Shown piece after piece: positions 25,096-35,865 of a stretch of DNA of 64,000 nucleotides. The stretch's first letter is position 1. Each line of letters opens with the position of its first letter. The notes under the pieces are model-generated. The model made no database searches. It was not told the DNA's origin and was given only the letters and a program-made list of their open reading frames with translations. The position numbers and the translations under genes were made by a program. This DNA comes from Eledone cirrhosa (lineage: Eukaryota). The DNA is taken from positions 219,232,001-219,296,000 of the forward strand of contig OZ024740.1 in NCBI GenBank assembly GCA_964016885.1, read 5' to 3'.

Positions 25096-27936
25096 GGTAT
25101 ACTATTAGCTGACAAGTGGGTAGATAAAGTAATCTCAGTGTACAGGGTAAATGCAAGAATCATTAAACTCAGACTAGTCCTGAATAAGACAATTACCACA
25201 ATAATATCAGCTTACGCACCCCAATCGGGGCTGCCAGACGAACTTAAGGATAGGTTTTACGAGTCCCTAATACACACTACTGCTCTAACAGACGACAAGG
25301 ACTTCCTAATCATTGCAGGAGATTTTAACGGACACGTAGGTAAACACTGCGACGGCTTCAATAGAGTACATGGAGGCCATGGAGTTGGCACAAGGAATGA
25401 GGAAGGATTCAGACTTCTAGAATTCTGCGACGCCAATGACATGTCGATATGTAACACAAACTTTAAAAAACCCGACAACCACCTGATCACCTATAGATCA
25501 GGGGAGCACTCTAGTCAGTTAGATTTTATCCTCATCAGAGGACGTGACAGATGGACGGTCGTAAACACAAAAGCCTTCCCTAGTGAGGAATGTACATCCC
25601 AACATAGCTTAGTTGTCAGCGACCTCACGGTCAGAACTAGACGAGCCCTGAAACAGAGGCCAACCTGGAGAAGAAAGATCTGGAAGCTGAAAGTCCCCTC
25701 AACCAGTAACAGATTTAAAGATATTTTACTCAACGCCTACGACAGTAAAGAAGAACAGATAGAGACATTTAACGTAGAAGAGAACTGGGAGTTCCTAAAA
25801 AATAACTTACTAGAGGCGACGGATGAGGTTTGTGGCTGGAGTAAGACCTCAAGCAGGAGGAGAGTGACTTGGTGGTGGAACAATAAGGTAGATGAAGCAG
25901 TCAAGGCCAAGAGACAGGCATGGAAAGAATGGAAGAACGGGGGGAGCAGGGTACATTACATAGAGACCAAGAGGGAAGCTAGGCGACAAGTATACTTAGC
26001 TAGGAGGGAAGCAGAGGATAGAAAATTCAAGCATGTTTTACAACGTGAGGACCAGAAACAGGAGGTATTCAAGATTGCGAGGCAGTGTGTCAGAGATAGT
26101 TGTGATGTCATTGGAGAGAAGTGTATCCGGAATGATAAAGGTGAGCTTGCCCTCACAAGTGCTGAGAAGAAAGATGCATGGAAGAGTCATTATGATAGAT
26201 TACTAAATGAGGAGAATGCATGGGAAGAAGAGACCCTACCCCACGTAGACCCTATAGAGGGACCAGCAGTACAAGTCAGCGGCAGCGTAGTAAGTAAGGC
26301 AATCAGAGATATGAAGATAGGGAAGGCAACCGGTCCATCGGGTATAGCTGCCGAGATGCTGAAGGCATCTGGGTCTGTAGGTCACACTATAACCACACGT
26401 ATCGTTAACCAGGTAATACTAGAGGGGGCCATACCAAAAGATTGGTGCAGTAGCATCATTGTCAACTGCTACAAAGGTAAAGGCGATGCACTAGATAGAG
26501 GAAACTATAGAGGTATAAAGTTGATGGACCAGGTCATGAAAGTAACAGAAAGAGTTATAGCACAGCTGATTAGGGACCGGGTGAATATAGACGAGATGCA
26601 ATTTGGGTTTGTTCCAGGGAAAGGCACCACTGATGCGCTCTTCCTTGTGAGGCAATTACAGGAAAAGTACCTAGCTAAAAGTAAGCCACTCTACTTGGCA
26701 TTTGTCGACCTTGAGAAAGCCTTTGACAGAGTTCCACGTGCAGTAATCTGGTGGGCTCTTAGAAAACTAGGAGTAGATGAATGGCTTGTGAAAGCGGTAC
26801 AAGCCATGTATAGGGGAGCAGTCAGCAAAGTTAGGATTGGCAATGAGTATAGCGAGGAATTTAGCGTACAGGTTGGGGTCCACCAGGGCTCTGTTCTTAG
26901 CCCTCTCCTGTTCATCATAGTCCTGCAGGCAATAACGGAGGAGTTTAAGACCGGATGCCCATGGGAACTCCTGTATGCTGATGACCTCGCACTCATAGCT
27001 GAATCTATGGTAGAACTAGAGAATAAATTCCAAACCTGGAAGCAGGGACTAGAGAGAAAGGGCCTCAAAGTCAACATGACAAAGACTAAGGTCCTTATAA
27101 GTAGACGAGAAAACAGAACCCAGATCCCCTCAGGGAAATGGCCTTGCTCAGTATGTAGGAAAGGTGTAGGTAGGAACTCCATTCTTTGCCCCAAATGCAA
27201 ACAATGGGTACACAAGAGATGTAGCGGGATCTCAGGAAGCTTAATTAAGAATGTAGGATTCACATGCAGCAGCTGTGCTGAAACAGCAAGCAAACAGCCA
27301 CAGGAAACAAGTACCACCAATCTCTGGGAGGGCCCTGTAGAAACAGTAGACAGCTTCTGCTACCTAGGTGACCGAATTAGCAACGGAGGTGGGTGCTCAG
27401 AAAGTACAATAACTAGGGTAAGAACGGGATGGAAGAAGTTTAGGGAACTACTACCACTGCTAGCTGCAAAAGGCTTCTCCCTCAGAATGAAAGGCAGACT
27501 GTATGATGCGTGTATCCGAACAGCGATGTTGCATGGTAGTGAGACCTGGGCGCTGAAGGTGGAAGACTTACGTAGATTAGAGAGAAACGAAGCCTGCATG
27601 CTCCGATGGATGTGTAACAGTAATATACGTGAACGACAAAGCATAAATGAATTGAGAGAGAGACTGAGCATAAGAGGAATCAAATGCTGCGTGCAGGAGA
27701 GGCGGTTACGCTGGTATGGACATGTGATGCGTATGAAGGATGACAGCTGCATAAAAAGGTGCAGAGCACTAGAAGTTGATGGAAACCGCGGAGTGGGGAG
27801 ACCCAAGATGACTTGGGATGAGGTGATAAAAGCCGACCTTACCCAACTACACCTCTCAAAGTCAATGACACACGACCGTGACTTCTGGCGTCACGCAGTA
27901 ATACAGGGTACCCGACCTCCCATGGGTACATGCTGA
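25096..27936 (+). CDS. Uninterrupted RTE ORF: partial APE endonuclease, reverse transcriptase, internal PHD finger
   Basis: No stop from 25096 (GILLADKW) to 27936. APE motifs [27 protein letters not shown]; RT motifs [22 protein letters not shown] (26974-26985); C4HC3 at 27145-27276. Lacks its true N-terminus. Confidence 0.92.
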   Translation, partial: GILLADKWVDKVISVYRVNARIIKLRLVLNKTITTIISAYAPQSGLPDELKDRFYESLIHTTALTDDKDFLIIAGDFNGHVGKHCDGFNRVHGGHGVGTRNEEGFRLLEFCDANDMSICNTNFKKPDNHLITYRSGEHSSQLDFILIRGRDRWTVVNTKAFPSEECTSQHSLVVSDLTVRTRRALKQRPTWRRKIWKLKVPSTSNRFKDILLNAYDSKEEQIETFNVEENWEFLKNNLLEATDEVCGWSKTSSRRRVTWWWNNKVDEAVKAKRQAWKEWKNGGSRVHYIETKREARRQVYLARREAEDRKFKHVLQREDQKQEVFKIARQCVRDSCDVIGEKCIRNDKGELALTSAEKKDAWKSHYDRLLNEENAWEEETLPHVDPIEGPAVQVSGSVVSKAIRDMKIGKATGPSGIAAEMLKASGSVGHTITTRIVNQVILEGAIPKDWCSSIIVNCYKGKGDALDRGNYRGIKLMDQVMKVTERVIAQLIRDRVNIDEMQFGFVPGKGTTDALFLVRQLQEKYLAKSKPLYLAFVDLEKAFDRVPRAVIWWALRKLGVDEWLVKAVQAMYRGAVSKVRIGNEYSEEFSVQVGVHQGSVLSPLLFIIVLQAITEEFKTGCPWELLYADDLALIAESMVELENKFQTWKQGLERKGLKVNMTKTKVLISRRENRTQIPSGKWPCSVCRKGVGRNSILCPKCKQWVHKRCSGISGSLIKNVGFTCSSCAETASKQPQETSTTNLWEGPVETVDSFCYLGDRISNGGGCSESTITRVRTGWKKFRELLPLLAAKGFSLRMKGRLYDACIRTAMLHGSETWALKVEDLRRLERNEACMLRWMCNSNIRERQSINELRERLSIRGIKCCVQERRLRWYGHVMRMKDDSCIKRCRALEVDGNRGVGRPKMTWDEVIKADLTQLHLSKSMTHDRDFWRHAVIQGTRPPMGTC

Positions 27937-28238
27937 AGCATATAAACGATATGCCCCCCCCCCCCCCCACCGCAAGGTGGTCGTGGAGGTGCCACGGCAA
28001 AAAAGCACCCAGCCAACACTGTAAAGTGGACGTGTAGGCGCCACGAAAAAGCACCCAGCACTCACTGTAAATGAGGTTGGTGTTAGGAAGGGCATCCAGC
28101 TGTAGAAATCAAGCCAGATCAGTTCCTGTATGAGCAAGGCATGGTCAGCCGACCAGACACTGCCCACAACAGGACAACCCGTCTAACCCATGCTAGCGTG
28201 GAAGAACGGACGTAAAACGGTGATGATGATGATGATGA

Positions 28239-28240
<2 letters not shown>
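25096..28240 (+). mobile_element. RTE-clade LINE, 5'-truncated, inserted in (TA)n
   Basis: ORF plus 3' UTR with tandem ~45-bp units, CCCATGCTAGCGTGG hairpin and (GAT)n tail; TA microsatellite on both sides. Confidence 0.96.
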
Positions 28241-28284
<44 letters not shown>

Positions 28285-28287
<3 letters not shown>

Positions 28288-28555
28288 GTATAATAAACAA
28301 TACAATATAATTACCTCATTACCAGAGGTTTCCTGAATAAGACGAATACGAAAAACGTCCTCATTCGTTCATCGGACAAGGCAATTTAAAACATATGTTT
28401 TAAATTGCCTATGTTTTAAATTGCCTTCGGGAAACCTCTGATAATGAGGTAATTATATTGTATTGTTTATTATACATTAAATTTAGCTCTGGTACTTACA
28501 TAGAGCACTCTTCACTCCTATGACTTTTTCAATTTTCAACGGAAACTTCAATACA
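28285..28555. mobile_element. Fold-back element with minus-strand hammerhead (28314-28381, CCGAUGA core)
   Basis: Arms about 28285-28336 / 28425-28478; inner hairpin AGGCAATTTAAAACATATGTTTTAAATTGCCT. Minus strand reads CCTTGT-CCGATGA-..GAATGAGGACG..CGTCTTATTC..-GAAAC-CTCTG-GTA-ATGAGG. Confidence 0.6.
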
Positions 28556-28586
28556 TATATATATAAATATATATATATATACGTCT

Positions 28587-29025
28587 ATGATATTAACAAA
28601 TGGAAACTATATTTATAAAACCATATTTATTTCAAGGACACCAAGTTAAATTATGGTGTGCTTTCATCAGATAAAATATAATATAGATCAGTTTTATAAA
28701 TAAATATTGACATACCCTTAAAAAATGCAACTATTACTGTTGGAAGCTCCCGGATAGTCTGGGAGCTTCCAACAGTAATGGTTGCATTTTTTAAGGGTAT
28801 GTCAATATTTATTTATAAAACTGATCTATATTATATTTTATCTGATGAAAGCACACCATAATTTAACTTGGTGTCCTTGAAATATGTATAATGAAATAAA
28901 TCTGGTTTTATAAATATAGTTACCCTTTGTTAATATCATATTTTTACTCCAAATATTTGAGTGCTTTATATCAGTTATAAAAATATTTGCTTGTTGTATC
29001 CCAACAATTTAAATAGAACTTTTAC
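28587..29025. mobile_element. Near-perfect ~350-bp palindrome (fold-back), same family as 12757-12983
   Basis: 28587-28755 inverted against 28758-28940, centre GGGAGCTTCC; TA flanks; 3' sequence similar to 12845-12980. Confidence 0.8.
28835..28897 (+). ncRNA. Type I hammerhead ribozyme, canonical core
   Basis: Stem I ATTTTAT/ATGAAAT; CTGATGA 28842-48; stem II AAG-C-ACACCA..TGGTGT-C-CTT; GAAA 28879-82; stem III ATA-TG-TAT; AUA triplet. Confidence 0.85.
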
Positions 29026-29038
29026 ATATATATATACG

Positions 29039-29126
<88 letters not shown>

Positions 29127-29225
29127 TATATATACGAATATATATATACGTATATATATATATATATATATATGCATACATACATATATATATATATATT
29201 TATACACATACATACAGATGTATAC
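29025..29225. repeat. (TA)n microsatellite
   Basis: Long TA tract. Confidence 0.9.
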
Positions 29226-29758
29226 ACAGAGGAACACAGGAACTTATATATAAACAGCAAATACTTATAGTGTTTGTTTGAGTGAATTATAACATTGTTC
29301 ATTGTTTATCTATTTATTTTTCGTGTATTATTTATTCTGATGTTTAAGTGTTTTGGACACAATACAACATTAATGATAGCACAAGAACTATAAATCATAT
29401 CTAGATACTTCCTAGTGTAATCAAATGTTTCTATTTTCTAAACTACATTATTTGTTGAAGGAAAAAAATGGTAAATTGCATTCAAATATGACATCAATAA
29501 AGATATTCTTAAATATTCCAATTTTTTGTCTCATTCATAATTCCTGAGAAATACCATATATACTTGAATATAAGCTGAGGAATATGTGACCAAAAAAAAT
29601 CGATGGCAAAATGGCAGGGGTCGACTTATATATGCCATCTAAACAATGTGTTGATTAGCTGCCTCGGTTTATAAACAGGGTTTGGATTTTCGCTTATTTC
29701 TCAGACATAAAATGGGGGATCGGCTGGCTTATACTTGGATCAGCTTATAATCAAGTAT

Positions 29759-29800
<42 letters not shown>

Positions 29801-30049
29801 GCGTGTTTGTGCATAGAACAATAGAACAATAAAATAAACAGAAGTCAGGCGTAGTTAGATAGTTAATTCATTGTTTTATGATCGTTTCAGAAAGATGATT
29901 GATTGATGGAGATCACTCTACCGACTAGCATGGTACTGGTTAAGTTACTACCTATTTCTAGTCTTGAAATCCTGGTTCAATCAGCCATCTTCCATTTCTG
30001 TCATTGTACACTCACCTCTATCTTTCCATTTCTTCTTTAATTTCTCATT

Positions 30050-30090
30050 CTATTTCTGGTGAAGGACTAGCGTCCAAAACGTTAAGACTC
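30050..30090 (+). ncRNA. Degenerate minimal hammerhead
   Basis: CTGGTGA-A-GGAC-TAGC-GTCC-AAAACGTTA, two core substitutions relative to CTGATGA...GAAACGTTA. Confidence 0.4.
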
Positions 30091-30172
30091 TTTTCCACTA
30101 TATCAAGCATGAAGCTAATATATTTCTTCACTGTACTGTGTCATTTGCTTCGTTATTTCTGTTTGCCTTTGG

Positions 30173-30203
<31 letters not shown>

Positions 30204-30251
30204 GTGCATGTGTATAAATATATATATAAACACACACACATATATATATAT

Positions 30252-30515
30252 GTTGGTACCACAGAACATCCAGTCCACACTGTAAAGTGGTCATATAGGT
30301 GTCACAACAAAAGCACCTAGTCCACGCTGTAAAGTGGTTGTGTAGGAGACACAGTAAAAAGGCTCCCAGTCTACACTGTAAATGTGGTTGGTGTTAGGAA
30401 GGGCATCCAGCTGTAGAAAACCTGCCAGAAACAGTTCTAATCGAGCGAGACACGGTCACCCAACTAATCTTGCCTCAAGTGGGACAATTGCATCTAATAA
30501 ACGATGATGATGATA
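30252..30515 (+). mobile_element. RTE 3' end (truncated), similar to 1990-2277
   Basis: GTTGGTACCAC...GGTGTTAGGAAGGGCATCCAGC...AATCTTGCCTCAAGTGGGA...(GAT)n. Confidence 0.75.
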
Positions 30516-30834
30516 TATATGATTATTTATTTATATACACATATTCACACACCTTCCCATGTGCAGAGGGTAAAGCAAACATCTTGAGGATACTAGTTTG
30601 CACCAATCTTTCCTCCTTTCCCACTGTTACACCCTCCCACATTTTAACACTCACTTCCCACTCCTCACTAGCTAAGTATCCCACTTTAGACCTCCCTTAC
30701 TCACCTCCTTCACTCCATCCTGCATACACCCTCCCCCAACCCATGCCTTCCACTCCCCCTGATACAACTCTCCTCTCCAACCCATGCAGACAAGCATGGG
30801 AAGCAGGACACGCTCCACACCAGCTCTCTGACAG

Positions 30835-31322
30835 TGCTGCTGCCACCATGACAAACAGCACTTAGTTCACTCTGTAGTGATAGTGCTGGTGACACAAAAC
30901 ACCCAGTCCACCCTATAAAGTGGTAGCACTGGTGACACAAAAAAGTACCCAGTCTACCCTGCAAAGTGGTTATGCAGGTGACACGAAAAAAGCCCCCAGT
31001 CCACCCTGTAAGGTGATCATATTGGTGACACGACAAAAAGCACTTAGTCAATCCTGTACATGGTCATGCTAGTACCACGATGAAAAAACACCTACTTCAC
31101 CCTGTCAGATGGTCATTCTGGTGCCACGATAAAACACACCCAGTCAATGTTATTGTGTGGTTGGCATTAGGAAGGGCATCTGGCCATAGAAACAAAGCCA
31201 GAAACAGTTCCATATGAGCAAAATAGGGTTACCTGACCTGTCAGGACTCACAATGGGACAACCTGTCTAACCCATGCAAGCATAGAAAATAGACGTTAAA
31301 CAGTGATGATGATGATGATTAT
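30835..31322 (+). mobile_element. RTE 3' end with about 7 tandem ~45-bp UTR units
   Basis: Repeated GGTGACAC-A(n)-CACCCAGTCCACCCTGTAAAGTGG, then AGGAAGGGCATC, CCCATGCAAGCATAG and (GAT)n. Confidence 0.75.
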
Positions 31323-31340
31323 GATATATATATATATATA

Positions 31341-31530
31341 TTAAATTCAAAGGGGTATATATATATAATTAGACATAGTCACAGATACATATATGAGTTT
31401 GGCTACCTTTCACGGTGTGACTCAATGAAGAATTTCGTTTAAATAATTTTTTATGTGGTTGATTTATATGGAGTAGGGAGAGGAAATACTGTATATATTT
31501 TATCTAATAGTTCTTCAAACTTGCAATTTT
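31341..31530. mobile_element. Short inverted-junction copy of the 17651 family
   Basis: 31341-31434 matches 17652-17745; 31435-31530 matches 18743-18838 (opposite element orientation). Confidence 0.7.
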
Positions 31531-32713
31531 ATTTATATATATATATATATAAATATACACACACATACATATACGTATATATATCTTTTTCATATGAGAC
31601 TGCATAAAAAATATTTTTCGGATTTGAAATGTATTTTTTGTTTTTCAGAAATATCGACAGTTTTGTCGGCATAGCATACTTAAAGCCTACATCGTGTCAG
31701 AAATAGGATGACCCAAAACCTCCTAATGTAATCTTCTTATCTTCATGCCCTTCATGGTGCCTTAAAAAAAGTGGGTTTTGTTAAGGGAGGTAACTCGACT
31801 CTACAGGTTGTCTTCCCTGTTTGTTAAACTTGTCATATTTACAACTGTTGCTTTTTAATTACAAAATTATATATTTACATAAAATGGTATAAATATCAAA
31901 TACATTTTTAGAGATAAATAAAGAAATGGGTATTAATTTCAGTTTTACAAAAATATTCATAAGGGATTCCCAAATTTCCCCGGAAGCAAGGAATTTCGAG
32001 ATATTTTCCAAACTTTTCGAAACTAAAAAAAGTTCTCGGTGATTCTATGAAATGGCGGAGATTCCTTACTGACATTTAGCTTATATTTGTTTTAGACGTT
32101 GGAACTGGATTTTACTTTTCCCTTTCTCTGTTTTCTTTACACCAGTGCCTCACATAACACTCATCGAAAATTATTTCAATCAATAATCATCTTTCCTAAT
32201 TAATTCTTGGAATTATCAAATCGATGTAAAAACAAAACAAAACTTGAATGATGTACAATTGGGATAAAACTGATGACAGTTTGGTCAATCAGATGTGTTT
32301 TTGTTGTATATCTCCAAGATTCGTTCCCACAACACTATCAAGTTTCCAGTCGACAGAAGAAACAAAAACAGTGAGTTTTTTAAAAACATTTTTATCACTC
32401 TGGCAAGTAAATTATTAAATAATAATAATGATAATAACCACCGAAACAATGTTTTCTTTTATAATAATATTATATTTTGATTAACAATAACAATTATTGT
32501 TGTCTTATAAAATTATTTTTATAACTTTATAATAGGTTTATGATTCATTAAGCTTTAATTCCAAAAATTCCCTTTGGTTAATAAAAACGAAATACCAATG
32601 TGAAATACAGGATGTTGAATTTTTCAAAGAACAGGAACTAACTTGTTGGATACAATCACACAACGAAACTATTCTTATATTTAGTTGTTTTGTACTACAA
32701 ACGTCTATCTTAC

Positions 32714-32888
32714 TGTTATTTCAGTGTATAATGCATGAATTCTAAATGCAAGAATATTCTAGTTGTGTTGCAGAGAAGAAATTCTTCATAGATCTGAAAA
32801 CAGATTCATGATGTCGACCTTCCGATGACAATGTGTGCATGATGACGTGTCTGAACATGTAGTTATTCGATTAGTTCAAAGCTATCAT
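32714..32888 (-). other. Candidate non-coding exon in a repeat-poor, CpG-richer block
   Basis: Minus-strand acceptor TTTTCTTTTCTTTGTTCTAG and donor GTAAGA; all three frames contain stops. Confidence 0.25.
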
Positions 32889-35429
32889 CTAGAACAAAGA
32901 AAAGAAAATAATAATTGAATATGTCTCGTGTATTCGTGTGTTAAACTGCAAATGTATATGCGTACCCAAAATACATCAAAGTGTTTGTTTGTGCATGTGA
33001 GCGTGTATATGTATGGGTAATTTCGTTATTATCATTCACTAAAGCGTATCTTCGATCGATATATCGGCTCGATGAAACATTAATATGAAGTTAATCCTCC
33101 CTAAAGTGTTATGATATTGTATTTTACTGTTTGTTTATTCAGTGTGGGTAGATATTTAAAATAAGTTAACGGTTTATTATAATTATTCTGGTTGTTATTC
33201 TGGGCCTTGTGCCAGTGTTTACAGGCCGATATTTCTTCTTGTCTCCGTCATTAGAAACAGCGAATTATTAGTTAAAAAAATAAATAATAAAACATATCGG
33301 CCTGTCTCTTGCGATCAATAATTGTTGTGTTGTGAGTTCTTTAAAACTGTTTCTGTTGGGTAAATCGGCAAACAGCAGATATTCTCGTTATCAATGCAGA
33401 TATCGACCTCACAAGACTTTCAAATAACATATCAAACATTCCGTTTCGTTTACTTAATGTATTTATTTCACTTTCGTTTCTCACCCACAACCGATACCAC
33501 GAATAAGTTGTCGATCTTATTTAGCAATAGATCTTGACAGCAGAGTTATTTCCTGTTTTGTTCCATTTTATTTTATTTTTTCTCTCCAAGATATCAAAAG
33601 TTATTATCATGAGAAATACTGTATAACCACCTCCCCATCTCCACGAATCATTGAATCACTATACATCAATTCTGACAAGACAGTTCTTCATTTAACTAAG
33701 CTGGTTTGCACCAGTATATTATTCTAATAAACATAATCAGGATTAAGTGAGGAGCTTATTGAATTTTGATTTCTTACGACACCGAAAGCCGAACACTAGC
33801 TGTTTTCTTTTCTCGGTTAATGAATATCAGACTGGCTCCTTACAGTCAACTCTCCATGTTAACATAAATCCTAGAGTTTAAACCCAATCTTTCTGACTAC
33901 TACAAGACCGTTGAAAGAAGTTATCGATTAAAATCTTTTTATTTTAGATATGAAGCAACACACGTTATATCTGAGTTTTTATTCATTTTCGTTTTCAGAA
34001 TTTCAGTTTTCGAGTTCATGTGTGTGTGTGTGTGTTTATCTCCTCCCCTTTGATACATTTAAGTTGTTTGAGAAATCCCCCAGAGAAGCACTCTCTAGTT
34101 ATTTCAACTTCATAAATCCCCGTCTACAATAGTTTGATTGAGGCAAACAAAACCGAGTGTAATTTATCCAGGAAAACAAACAGGAGATAGTGTTGGCTCA
34201 CGGTTCTTGATGTATTTCGCTATTGTACTTAAATGTTAACGAATTACTAGTAATTCGTGTCTCTCAGAGAGAGAGAGAGTCTTGTAAGTGGTCACTCATC
34301 TTATTAGAAATAGCAGACAAATCTCTCTCAAATCATGTTCTACAGTTTTAAAAAGACAAGGTACTTTGGATAATGTACTGTTAGACATTCTATCTCTGAA
34401 GATTAGTTGTCATATCTTGAACGCCTTTGACCATAGGTCAGTTCGACCAAGCCAGACTTTGGACATAGCAATAACAATCAATCATTAGAGTATTTTTATA
34501 TTTTTTTTAAAATTTGCAATCTATTCCGCTTAATTGAATACCATATAATTGCATTATCACGTTAATTGTATAAACCTTCAACGCACTGAAAGTAAAATTG
34601 ATCGGTTAATATACATACAGAAATGACAATCGATTTCGTTAAAATGAATTATATTTTTTTCCGATTGTGGGAAAAAAAAAAAAAAAAAAAAGAAATGAAG
34701 ACGAAGTATAGCATAAAATTGGACATTTGATTTGATATAAATAAACTGATTCTGGAAGCTTCAGTTTTCATGCTGTGCTAAAATGACAGTAGTCAGTACG
34801 TTGTGTTTACAAAGAACAGATGTCAAGTTATTCTTACAATATCAAATCATTGAATTTTTGGCTTTTTTGCAGAATACTAAAATAATGGAAGAAATTTTAA
34901 AAAGCAATATTATTTTACTATTTCACTCTCCGAAAATCTGAAGAACAGTTTTAATTTTTCTATGAATGAAAATATATTGACTAGAATAAACTACTAGAAT
35001 GCCACGATTTAGCCGTAAATTTTATACATTTTTCAGCCCATGGTAAGGATTTTCCAGAACGTGATGTGCAGTATTTAACAAATCCAGTCTGTACTTCCAT
35101 CACATTGAGTTTATTACCAACTCTTCTCAAATATGATCAGTTGGGACATTCATATCCTAATTTTTCAGATATTACAAGAATAATCGAGCAAATCTTTCAT
35201 TAATAAATGCAGAGACGTTGTAATGATGATGACATTTCCAGTCTACCCAGCCTTTTTGCACAAAAACTAAGGCAACAAATGCTTCAAAGCCATTTTCCTT
35301 GTTAAAGCAAGGGTTAGTCTAGCAGGATAAACGACAAGCTTTATCATATTTATCATGGGGTCATTTTTGATGCAATTTTTTTTTTTTCGAGATGCTTTTC
35401 TTGGTGCCAGTCTATTTAGTTGCATCTTA

Positions 35430-35865
35430 TAGGACACCCTGTAAAGTAGTTGTGCTAGTGGCATGATAAAATGAACCCAGTATATTTTGTAAAGTAGTTG
35501 GTGTTAGGAGGAGCCCCCAGCCATAAAACAGTGCAAAAATACAGAACATGAACAACTGGCCAAACCCTCCTCATAGCGGGATCAGTCAGTTCCACACTGT
35601 AAAAGTGGTTTGTATTAGGAAAGATATCCAGCTGTAAAAAACCCAGCTAAAATACAGTTCCGTTTGAGCAAGGTATGGTGTGGCTAACTGACCAAACTTG
35701 TCTCATAACATGGAAAACCAGTCTGACCCATGCAAGTGTGGAAAAATAGACATTAAATGGTGATGATGATGATGATGAACAAGTCATGCTTATTCAAACT
35801 CATGTCTCAGACTGTGGCAACCGATCCAAAACAGACGTAAAATGATGGTGATGATGATGATTATG
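35430..35865 (+). mobile_element. Degraded RTE tails
   Basis: GTTGGTGTTAGGAGG.., CCCATGCAAGTGTGG and (GAT)n at 35760 and 35843. Confidence 0.6.

Noticed and set aside
26691-27806. Antisense ORFs within the RTE
   Set aside because: Shadow frames of the RT coding strand.
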